Shown here: piece by piece, positions 8,628-15,020 of the stretch | Position numbering within the stretch: position 1 is the stretch's first letter | Layout: every line of letters begins with the position of its first letter | Assembly: GCA_964512815.1 (NCBI GenBank) | Contig: CAZEKE010000068.1 | Span: forward strand, 1 to 47,569 | DNA length: 47,569 nucleotides | Direction: 5' to 3' | DNA from: an uncultured Acidiferrobacteraceae bacterium | GTDB lineage: Bacteria; Pseudomonadota; Gammaproteobacteria; Arenicellales; UBA868 | The notes under the pieces: model-generated | Told to the model about the DNA's origin: nothing | The model's database searches: none | Seen by the model: the letters and a program-made list of their open reading frames with translations, nothing else | Program-made: the position numbers and the translations under genes

Positions 8628-8675
8628 CACCTTGAAGCGTTTTCATTCGGGAACATTTCAAGGTGTCTATTTTGG
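8628..8675 (+). terminator. intrinsic terminator / attenuator hairpin
   Basis: CACCUUGAA (8628-8636) pairs with UUCAAGGUG (8657-8665). Inner stem GUUUUC/GGGAAC with AUUC loop. Followed by UCUAUUUUGG. Confidence 0.55.
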
Positions 8676-8709
8676 CACCATTAAAATTCATTATTTGGGG
8701 AATCCTAAA

Positions 8710-9204
8710 ATGACGTTCAATGGTAAATTTTCTCAGTTCAAAACTGCCGTTAAATCAATTGTTAGAAGCGCACTCACAATGCGCGACAACATTGATGCGG
8801 CGGCGCGTGTTGCGCTAGTTCAGTACGCTGAACACGGTGATACAACATGGTTGTCTTTTCTTCTAACTGAAACGGTAAACGTTAAATCGTTAGCCACTGG
8901 CACATTATCCAATTGGATATGCGCCCACGCTAATGTGAAACGTGCGAAATCAAAATCAGGTGATATCGTTTTCCGCAAAGTTTCGCGGAATGCTGACATT
9001 GTTGTGACGATGCCAGAACCAGACGATCACTGGTACGACTTTGATACTACCGGACAAGCGAAACCGGACGTAGATGCTTACGTTGCACTACGCGCGTTGA
9101 TTCGTAAGATCCAGTCTAGTTTGGAAGATGGACGCGCAAAAGATCAAGGCGCTTCCGAAATGCTACTCAAACGGTTAGACGGTTTAGCTACTCTAAATAG
9201 CTAG
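8710..9204 (+). CDS. orphan hypothetical protein (164 aa from ATG 8710)
   Basis: Longest clean ORF in the 7.4-9.65 kb region. The tracked TTG start at 8632 lies inside the terminator hairpin, so ATG 8710 is preferred. No motif recognised. Locally CpG/GC-rich. Confidence 0.55.
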   Translation: MTFNGKFSQFKTAVKSIVRSALTMRDNIDAAARVALVQYAEHGDTTWLSFLLTETVNVKSLATGTLSNWICAHANVKRAKSKSGDIVFRKVSRNADIVVTMPEPDDHWYDFDTTGQAKPDVDAYVALRALIRKIQSSLEDGRAKDQGASEMLLKRLDGLATLNS

Positions 9205-9654
9205 TTAGCAGTACAAAGCGCATCTTTTAATGGGTGCGCTTGATAGTGCTAACTGATACCTAATCAGCGTGATAGGGACATATAGACTCGAAGTCCCTGG
9301 AGCGAGCACTGTACTCATTGTAGGGTATAACCTTGAATAGCGGAAAGCTGCCTGTTCAGTTTGAATAGAGCGGGAGGATTACTATCCTCATAAGTGTCCA
9401 GGTTTGAAGGGGGGTAAAACCATACGTCAGGTAGTACGCGACTATGCTGAGTGAGTACAAACTTTAGTCCTGCAATTAGGAGACCCGACTTAATAAAGTT
9501 CGGGATAGGCTGCAAGCGGGATTAAAGTATTCAACGCAGCACCCGACTCCACAGTACCAAAATCACTTGGTTAATGTGCCAGGAAAAGTAGAGTCACGCG
9601 GGAAGCTGGTAAGCCGCACCATAATCTTAGCTAACGGGTAAAAGGAGTAAGTCT
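9205..9654 (+). ncRNA. second ORF-free structured segment
   Basis: Three-way junction 9245-9310: helix AGUGCU/AGCACU encloses CUGA-7nt-UCAG and GGGAC-13nt-GUCCC. Other hairpins: GAGGAU-UACU-AUCCUC (9374-9389), GGUUU/AAACC (9401-9421), GCUGC/GCAGC. CCCGACU repeated at ~9483 and ~9542. Confidence 0.3.
9216..9241 (+). terminator. hairpin after the orphan ORF (weak terminator candidate)
   Basis: AAGCGCA (9216-9222) pairs with TGCGCTT (9235-9241) across a 12-nt loop. No U-tract follows. Confidence 0.3.
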
Positions 9655-9756
9655 ATGATGGAGATAATTATATTTGTCTCAATGTTTATTGCTGTTACTG
9701 TTGGTACAATACATATCCTGAATTGCATGGATCTGTTTTACCGAGAGGATGACTAA
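9655..9756 (+). CDS. 33-aa hydrophobic micro-protein (not in ORF track)
   Basis: AAAGGAG SD 7 nt upstream. MMEIIIFVSMFIAVTVGTIHILNCMDLFYREDD, one predicted TM helix. Confidence 0.4.
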   Translation: MMEIIIFVSMFIAVTVGTIHILNCMDLFYREDD

Positions 9757-9758
9757 TA

Positions 9759-9992
9759 GTGACAACCAATAAGGAAGCATATGTCCTCATAAAGGGCAGA
9801 AATTTTCTGTCAGATCCTGAGCTTTATAGGGATAAAATCCTATGGTTAGTAGAGCAATTAGGTGGATGGAGATCTGTATCTAGAGTTATGGGTATAGGTC
9901 ATAGCACCTTATATCGTAGGATAAAACTTAGGCTCTACAAAAGGGAATGGGACTTAGCAGCGGATGAGTTAATCCGAAGATTGGAGCGATAG
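9759..9992 (+). CDS. small HTH DNA-binding protein
   Basis: 77 aa, GTG start. WRSVSRVMGIGHSTLYRRIK resembles a resolvase/Fis-type helix-turn-helix. Confidence 0.55.
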   Translation: MTTNKEAYVLIKGRNFLSDPELYRDKILWLVEQLGGWRSVSRVMGIGHSTLYRRIKLRLYKREWDLAADELIRRLER

Positions 9993-9995
9993 CAT

Positions 9996-10175
9996 ATGGA
10001 GTTAATAGATTGTCTTGACTGGAGACAGAAAAAAATAGGTCTAGATTCATCGCGTTGTTCTAAGTGTGGTGATATACTAGTGGATAAGCCAGAGAAAATT
10101 GATGGGCGCTACTATTGTATAGACTGCGCCATTGGTGTCCTCATAAGAAAAAGGAATAACTATGGAGAGATTTGA
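9996..10175 (+). CDS. 59-aa zinc-ribbon protein (not in ORF track)
   Basis: MELIDCLDWRQKKIGLDSSRCSKCGDILVDKPEKIDGRYYCIDCAIGV... with CxxC...CxxC. Confidence 0.5.
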   Translation: MELIDCLDWRQKKIGLDSSRCSKCGDILVDKPEKIDGRYYCIDCAIGVLIRKRNNYGEI

Positions 10176-10362
10176 GAAATCCGCAGAGGTAGCGGAGTTC
10201 TTGGAGAGCATGTTCGGTCGCACTACAGCCATCGAGAATGAAAAGTGTGTCAGTTGTAAGGAAGATATACGAGATTTTCGAGATGATTTAAGTAAGCGAG
10301 AGTATGCTATATCAGGACTCTGCCAGCAATGCCAAGATGGGGTATTCGGTGCAGGTTCTTGA
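10162..10362 (+). CDS. 66-aa zinc-ribbon protein
   Basis: CVSC...CQQC pairs. Overlaps its neighbours by a few nt. Confidence 0.55.
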   Translation: MERFEKSAEVAEFLESMFGRTTAIENEKCVSCKEDIRDFRDDLSKREYAISGLCQQCQDGVFGAGS

Positions 10363-11131
10363 CCTGTTCAGTGGTATAGGTGGGTTCAGTCTTGGCTTAA
10401 AGCGGGCAGGTATGGAGACTATCGGATTCTGTGAGATAGACCCATTCTGCCGCAAGGTATTAACCAAGCACTGGCCCGATGTTCCAATTCATACAGATAT
10501 AAGGGGATTAGATGGCAAAGACTACAAAGGACGGGCTGAAATTATATGCGGGGGTTTTCCGTGCCAGCCCTTCTCTCAAGCAGGGAAGCGAAGAGGCACA
10601 GAAGATGACCGTCACCTCTGGCCTGAGATGCTTAGAGTCATTTCGGAGGTCAGGCCCACTTGGGTTATTGGAGAGAACGTTATTGGGTTCGTCAAAATGG
10701 AACTCGACTCGGTGCTTTCTGATCTGGAAAGAGAAGGCTACCAAACAAGGGCGTTCATTATTCCAGCTTGCGGTGTCGATGCCCCGCACAAAAGAGATAG
10801 GGTCTGGATTATTGCACACGCCAACGGCGAAGGGGAATCAGATGGCCCCATCAATGAAGGACCGAGACCCAGGCAGTTGGAACTTATGGCCTACTCCCTC
10901 AGCAAACGAGGATGCAGCAGGGACACCAAACGGCAAGATGCAAAAAATGTTGGGCAACCATCCAGATGTGAGGGGGACAACTCCAGAAGAGTGGAAACGT
11001 GGAACCCTGAACCCGGCGTGGGTCGAGTGGCTAATGGGGTTTCCAATCGGGTGGACAGAGTTAAAGGATTAGGTAACGCAGTTGTACCTATGGTAGTAGA
11101 AGTAATCGGTAACGCAATAATGGAGATCTAA
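10337..11131 (+). CDS. DNA (cytosine-5)-methyltransferase
   Basis: Motif I LDLFSGIGGFSLG, motif IV GGFPCQPFSQAG, motif VI IGENV, motif VIII QTRAFIIPA..APHKRDRVWIIA, motif X GLGNAVVPMVV. ATG 10337 is preferred over 10304 because the latter overlaps the previous gene. Confidence 0.85.
   Translation: MGYSVQVLDLFSGIGGFSLGLKRAGMETIGFCEIDPFCRKVLTKHWPDVPIHTDIRGLDGKDYKGRAEIICGGFPCQPFSQAGKRRGTEDDRHLWPEMLRVISEVRPTWVIGENVIGFVKMELDSVLSDLEREGYQTRAFIIPACGVDAPHKRDRVWIIAHANGEGESDGPINEGPRPRQLELMAYSLSKRGCSRDTKRQDAKNVGQPSRCEGDNSRRVETWNPEPGVGRVANGVSNRVDRVKGLGNAVVPMVVEVIGNAIMEI
10512..11072 (+). other. 186-codon +1-frame ORF embedded in the methyltransferase gene, with its own TRD/motif IX-like sequence
   Basis: Translation contains SSKWNSTRCFLIWK, LFQLAVSMPRT, GLLHTPTA, LWPTPSANED and LNPAWVEWLMGFPIGWT. 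See findings. Confidence 0.35.
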
Positions 11132-11210
11132 TATGATCTATAGAACTGTTCTGAAAAGGAGTGCAGAGTATCGTGTATACCGCTGTGCTGATAGTGTCTG
11201 TGTGAATATG

Positions 11211-11236
11211 GGGCGTATACGACTACGCTTTTTCTT
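11211..11236 (+). terminator. intrinsic terminator after the methyltransferase gene
   Basis: GCGUA (11213-11217), 6-nt loop, UACGC (11224-11228), then UUUUUCUU. Two possible G-U pairs extend the stem. Confidence 0.5.
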
Positions 11237-11356
11237 ATGGTTTCTCAAGCCACAAAAGAAAATGAAGTCACATATCTTTAGCCGCAGGGGTAATACTGTT
11301 GTGACCTCAATTAATTTTTCTCGTCGTCCCATAGTCCAGACCAAGAGGATAGCTTA

Positions 11357-11632
11357 ATGAGAACACCCTTTGGAAAATCTAGAGAGATTGATGATCCTTA
11401 TGCTGTTTACAGACATGAGAACTCTGACTCTGAGTGGAGAGTCTTAAAAACTTATCAGCATCCAGACAGGGAAGCAGATAATGTGTACGCTCGATGGTTT
11501 GTTGCAGCTAAGTCACCCTATACTCATGGAAGTTGGGAGATGGGCGAGGTTTATGTGAATGACATAGTGATGCACGGAACCTTTCAAGAAGGCACGAGTG
11601 AGTGGAAAGAACTATATACAGGTAAACCATGA
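11357..11632 (+). CDS. conserved-looking phage protein of unknown function
   Basis: 91 aa. WRVLKTYQHPDREADNVYARWFVAAKSPYTHGSWEMGEVYV resembles a segment seen in many phage early regions. Confidence 0.6.
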   Translation: MRTPFGKSREIDDPYAVYRHENSDSEWRVLKTYQHPDREADNVYARWFVAAKSPYTHGSWEMGEVYVNDIVMHGTFQEGTSEWKELYTGKP

Positions 11633-11898
11633 TGGAAAAAGCACCATTGAAATCAAAGGCTAAGTATATGTTTAGTAGTATACCTAATACCTTTCTTGGT
11701 TGGGCTTTAGTAGGAATGATGAAGCACTACCTTAACCGAGGCAGGTACAGGATACGAGTAAGAGGTCAAGGGTTAGTTGCCGGTGAAAACTGGAGGCATC
11801 ATATGTATGGTCAGCCCTTGAGTAAATCAACACATCTTCGCATCTACATAGAGGAGAAAGCGAATGAAGCAACTGAACAAGAGGTACATACTGCATGA
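11629..11898 (+). CDS. hypothetical protein
   Basis: 89 aa. ATGA overlap with the upstream gene. Confidence 0.5.
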   Translation: MMEKAPLKSKAKYMFSSIPNTFLGWALVGMMKHYLNRGRYRIRVRGQGLVAGENWRHHMYGQPLSKSTHLRIYIEEKANEATEQEVHTA

Positions 11899-12157
11899 TG
11901 GTACTATACTTTCTATTCAGGCAAGTGAGATGCACTACTCCACCCCAAGGAATAACATTGGTCCCTATACTAAGGCGGAGGTTTGGATAGTACGAGGCCG
12001 TGACCCAGAGGGATGGGAAGCATTCCAAGATGGAATAGGCACCAATTGGGATTATGGTGGAGAGGATGAGGGTCACTACTATGGCTATGTTCCTATTTAT
12101 CTGATTGAAAAGCTCATTGCAGATCTAGGTGGGATAAACTTAGGAGCTATGTTATGA
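11864..12157 (+). CDS. hypothetical protein
   Basis: 97 aa ORF in the operon context. Confidence 0.5.
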   Translation: MKQLNKRYILHDGTILSIQASEMHYSTPRNNIGPYTKAEVWIVRGRDPEGWEAFQDGIGTNWDYGGEDEGHYYGYVPIYLIEKLIADLGGINLGAML

Positions 12158-12765
12158 GTTCATTTGATAAACATAATCCGCTTATCAATAAATATGCTCA
12201 GAAAAGCTGGAGAAACATGGTTGATATGATAATGATGGTATCGTTATCTATCCAGCAGCCCTGGCATTCTGTTGGTATGCAGATGTATGACTACAGAGAT
12301 AAGGGCATAGGCTCTCGATTTGTCTGGGGAAATAAAAGGAAGGCATTCCTTTGGATAGCTGCAAATGGTGAGCAACTATACTATGAAGCTCTTGAGTGTT
12401 TGCAATTCACAGGTAAAAAGAGATCCCTCGCCCTTATGAATGTGTTCCTGCAAGTACCAGGACTTGGGCTTGCTAAAGCTGGATTCTGTTGTCAACTTTT
12501 CGCAGGGTGTGTAGGTTGCATAGACGTACATAATCTGAGGCGATTAAACATCTCTGAAAAGGTGTTAGATTTCAACAAGTTAGCGATGGATAAAACCAAG
12601 CAAAAGAAAGTTGAGGCTTACGTGGACGCATGTGCGAGGCGTAGGTGTCGTTGGCTCTGGAATACATGGTGCAGTTTAATAGCTAAAAAGCAACCCGAAA
12701 GGTGGAGAGATGGGGACCATGTGTCCCTTGTTCACCTCGAATATTTGACACAGGAGAGAGCATGA
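12154..12765 (+). CDS. hypothetical protein with a possible helix-hairpin-helix segment
   Basis: 203 aa. VPGLGLAKAGFCCQLFAGCVGCIDVHN resembles an HhH GLG element. Function not assignable. Confidence 0.55.
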   Translation: MSSFDKHNPLINKYAQKSWRNMVDMIMMVSLSIQQPWHSVGMQMYDYRDKGIGSRFVWGNKRKAFLWIAANGEQLYYEALECLQFTGKKRSLALMNVFLQVPGLGLAKAGFCCQLFAGCVGCIDVHNLRRLNISEKVLDFNKLAMDKTKQKKVEAYVDACARRRCRWLWNTWCSLIAKKQPERWRDGDHVSLVHLEYLTQERA

Positions 12766-12914
12766 AAGAACCCCCTTGTCCTAATTGTGGGGAGGAATTA
12801 ACATATCAAGAACAAGAAGATATAGATGGCTTCCCATATATCTATGAGTTATATTTCTGTGATGCCTGTGACATAAGTATTGATCCAAGAGAAATGGGAG
12901 AGATGTATGGATAG
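12762..12914 (+). CDS. 50-aa zinc-ribbon protein
   Basis: ATGA overlap with the upstream stop. CPNCG...CDAC. Confidence 0.5.
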   Translation: MKEPPCPNCGEELTYQEQEDIDGFPYIYELYFCDACDISIDPREMGEMYG

Positions 12915-13125
12915 AGTTTACAAGAATATCGTGCGGACTAATTTTCATTCGCCTATTAGTTACAAAGAGTTGGCACAACTTATCAATACTTTAACTGATG
13001 AGCAGCAAAAGCAACACGTATCCATTGTCTGTTCTGACAACAATGAAATGTACCCTATATATAGAGCTGTTTTATTTTGTGAGGATGCTAGACTAGACGA
13101 TGGGAGCTTTGTTTTAGAGATATAG
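12907..13125 (+). CDS. hypothetical protein
   Basis: 72 aa from in-frame ATG 12907 (the tracked start is a TTG). Confidence 0.45.
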   Translation: MDRVYKNIVRTNFHSPISYKELAQLINTLTDEQQKQHVSIVCSDNNEMYPIYRAVLFCEDARLDDGSFVLEI

Positions 13126-13157
13126 ATGAAGTCTAACGAAGATATGGAGAGATGGGT

Positions 13158-13316
13158 ATGAGTAAGGTAATTTATGCCACTATCAGGATTGTACTGTCTG
13201 ATGATGCGGAGATCGAGGATGTAGTTTCTGAATCTAGCTATGAGTTCGATCATCCTGATATTGAGGGTACTGAGTGGGTTGATGTGAGTAATATATATGA
13301 AGAAGGGGATAGATAA
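13158..13316 (+). CDS. 52-aa acidic hypothetical protein (not in track)
   Basis: MSKVIYATIRIVLSDDAEIEDVVSESSYEFDHPDIEGTEWVDVSNIYEEGDR. Fills an otherwise empty gap. Confidence 0.35.
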   Translation: MSKVIYATIRIVLSDDAEIEDVVSESSYEFDHPDIEGTEWVDVSNIYEEGDR

Positions 13317-13484
13317 ATGGATAAAGAACAAAAGAAGAATACCAGTAGGACTAACTCGAACAACAGGATGACTAAGTTTAAGAAGGCACTGCGTAAGGAA
13401 GTAGGCAGCGATGAGTGGTTTGATAAACACGTTGTTGTGATGTCCTTGGGGGACGATGAGGAAGAAGTAAATGAAAGAACGTGA
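13317..13484 (+). CDS. 55-aa basic hypothetical protein (not in track)
   Basis: ATG follows directly after the previous TAA. MDKEQKKNTSRTNSNNRMTKFKKALRKEVGSDEWFDKHVVVMSLGDDEEEVNERT. Confidence 0.35.
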   Translation: MDKEQKKNTSRTNSNNRMTKFKKALRKEVGSDEWFDKHVVVMSLGDDEEEVNERT

Positions 13485-13677
13485 AACCCAGGAAGGATAC
13501 GACCTAGAGTCAGCCTACTGGACAGGTAATCTGTATGAAGTAGAAGACGAACTCGAAGAGCTTGAAACTTTAGAACGTAATAGTGTTCTACAGGAGCAAC
13601 TCTTTGGGATAGGCAGCATGACAGAGGAAACTGTTGCGGATTTCTTCGCGGCTCTTGACAATAGCTTTGATTTGTGA
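13471..13677 (+). CDS. acidic hypothetical protein
   Basis: 68 aa ORF. Confidence 0.45.
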   Translation: MKERETQEGYDLESAYWTGNLYEVEDELEELETLERNSVLQEQLFGIGSMTEETVADFFAALDNSFDL

Positions 13678-13712
13678 TACCCTTAACTACATAGTGTAAA
13701 ACGGAGAACGAA

Positions 13713-13949
13713 ATGTCCCTACCAGATATACATTCATTAAGAGAACAAGATGCTTATGAGACAGTAGAGGACGCATACACAAGAGCTTTTGTGTTAGGGA
13801 TGGGTGTCAGGTGTCCATCAAAACATAATTTAATCGAGAGGTTTATAGGTTTCTGTAAGGAATCTGGAAATGATCGTCTCTTACCAAAAGAAGACAATGA
13901 AATTTTTGACTTGATACCTGACTTCATTGAATATCTAGCAAGTATATGA
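13713..13949 (+). CDS. hypothetical protein
   Basis: 78 aa. ACGGAG SD upstream. Confidence 0.5.
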   Translation: MSLPDIHSLREQDAYETVEDAYTRAFVLGMGVRCPSKHNLIERFIGFCKESGNDRLLPKEDNEIFDLIPDFIEYLASI

Positions 13950-14170
13950 CAAATATTTATGGTTTTGATTTGGAACACTGGAAACTATTCAAAACTTCAA
14001 AGTATATGTCTCAAATGTACAAAGCTAAGATGACTATGGAGGTCTTAAAGACCACCAACAAGCAGGTCATTGTGGAAATTGGGGAGGGCATTGACCTAGA
14101 TTTTCTAACAGATGTATATGATCCATTCATGCAGGAGATTGCCTATGAATCTAAAGACAGCAGGGATTAG
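13946..14170 (+). CDS. hypothetical protein
   Basis: 74 aa. ATGA overlap with the upstream gene. Confidence 0.5.
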   Translation: MTNIYGFDLEHWKLFKTSKYMSQMYKAKMTMEVLKTTNKQVIVEIGEGIDLDFLTDVYDPFMQEIAYESKDSRD

Positions 14171-14963
14171 CGCTGCCGTATTTGTAACGGTTGGTGTTAT
14201 ATATGGTTTCTTAATATGGTCAGGCATACAATCTGACAAATTGAGGAGACAAGAACTAAATATTACTTCCTTACAGGATAATGTGGCTGAACTTTCAAAG
14301 GTTCAGAGGATAGTACAGGAAGGACTGAGCCAAGATGTACGGACCCTCGAAGATGATGTTGGTAGTGCAAGTGCTGACAATAAGGAACTCATTTTAGAAT
14401 TAAATAAACGGCTTAGTGGTATGCATGAAAGCCTAAGTTCACATCTCACTACTCAAGTGGAGAGACAGTTTGAAGAGGTACTAAAACTCCACGAAGAGAT
14501 CGAGGATTTGTCTGGCCTAGTTAATAAGTTGAGGACTGAGCTTGAGGATGTTAGAGAAGAGTTCAGAGAACCAACGCAACCAGTTGTAAACCCGGACCCT
14601 ACTCCACTAGAAGAGTATACGGGCGAGAGGATAGTATCCACAACCCCCACACCCCCGCCTCCACCAGACCCATTCGTAGCCTCAGTAGGAGAGGACACGC
14701 CTTGTCCAAAGAGTCCTGACAACGCTGACATGGCTCAAAGGATACTGACCAGGGCAATGGAGAGGACAGATAAACTTGGAACCTATGCATTTACAGCTAC
14801 CTTTGGCGTAGCTTCTGATGGCACGACCTACGATATAATTGTGGTAGGCGATGGCCCAAAAGATCTACACAGAGCAGTTGAACGTTACACTCGCGCCCTT
14901 AACTGGACACTCATTGATGAGGTCAATGGATGTGAGTTGAAATTAAAGCTGGCTGTTAAGTAG
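14145..14963 (+). CDS. membrane-anchored coiled-coil protein with Pro-rich linker (TonB-like architecture)
   Basis: AGGAG SD 7 nt before ATG 14145. N-terminal TM ISAAVFVTVGVIYGFLIW, ~120-aa coiled coil, TPTPPPPPDP linker, ~80-aa C-terminal beta-rich domain. Confidence 0.55.
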   Translation: MNLKTAGISAAVFVTVGVIYGFLIWSGIQSDKLRRQELNITSLQDNVAELSKVQRIVQEGLSQDVRTLEDDVGSASADNKELILELNKRLSGMHESLSSHLTTQVERQFEEVLKLHEEIEDLSGLVNKLRTELEDVREEFREPTQPVVNPDPTPLEEYTGERIVSTTPTPPPPPDPFVASVGEDTPCPKSPDNADMAQRILTRAMERTDKLGTYAFTATFGVASDGTTYDIIVVGDGPKDLHRAVERYTRALNWTLIDEVNGCELKLKLAVK

Positions 14964-14969
14964 CATATA

Positions 14970-14978
14970 TGATATAAT
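14970..14978 (+). promoter_or_regulatory. extended -10 promoter element upstream of the SSB gene
   Basis: TGATATAAT (TGn + TATAAT) in the 57-bp gap. The -35 is poor (TGGCTG). Confidence 0.4.
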
Positions 14979-15020
14979 GTTGTAGTGTTTTGATAGTTAA
15001 GATAACGGAGATAAGTAAAT

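Larger units (their letters stand above)
7484..8675 (+). ncRNA. candidate ~1.2-kb structured non-coding leader / ncRNA
   Basis: No credible ORF (stops in all frames, no SDs). Many hairpins, including cUUCGg (8108-8125), GAAA-capped (8237-8250), GCAA-capped (8382-8393), CAGACU/AGUCUG (8285-8299) and a helix 8103-8107/8151-8155 closing two hairpins. Bounded by a consensus promoter and a terminator. Confidence 0.35.

Noticed and set aside
7379-8684. Tracked ORFs 7379-7564, 7710-7952 and 8478-8684 in the leader region
   Set aside because: They have no SDs. Some have non-ATG starts. Their sequences run through promoters, palindromes and the terminator hairpin, and the composition is not protein-like. 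They are treated as non-coding.
9245-9310. 66-nt three-way junction that superficially resembles a tRNA cloverleaf
   Set aside because: It has only two hairpins inside the closing helix. It has no 7-nt T-loop (GTTCRANNC), no D-arm, a 13-nt loop on one arm and no U33-type anticodon loop. It is not a tRNA.
7950-9654. Group I intron carrying an ORF (structured RNA, ORF, structured RNA)
   Set aside because: No interrupted exon reading frame is detectable on either side. I could not identify a P7/G-binding core or the tetraloop-receptor motifs. The idea is kept only as an architectural analogy.
10508-10819. 103-aa antisense ORF inside the methyltransferase gene
   Set aside because: It has no recognisable motifs and no SD. 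It shows that the GC-richer MTase region tolerates long open alternate frames, and this is noted as a caveat for the +1-frame finding.
11133-11357. Overlapping 74-aa plus-strand and 68-aa minus-strand ORFs between the MTase gene and the next gene
   Set aside because: The region contains a good intrinsic terminator (11211-11236) and lacks an SD. The sequences are Arg/Phe-rich and not protein-like. It is more likely an intergenic regulatory gap.
13199-13240. CTGATGA string as a possible hammerhead ribozyme core
   Set aside because: There is no adjacent stem II hairpin followed by GAAA, and no stem I/III pairing. The string lies inside a plausible small coding ORF.
12960-13430. 156-aa minus-strand ORF
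   Set aside because: It is antisense to a run of coupled plus-strand small genes. It is Leu/Ile/Ser/Phe-rich, as expected from the reverse complement of AT-rich coding DNA, and it has no upstream signals.
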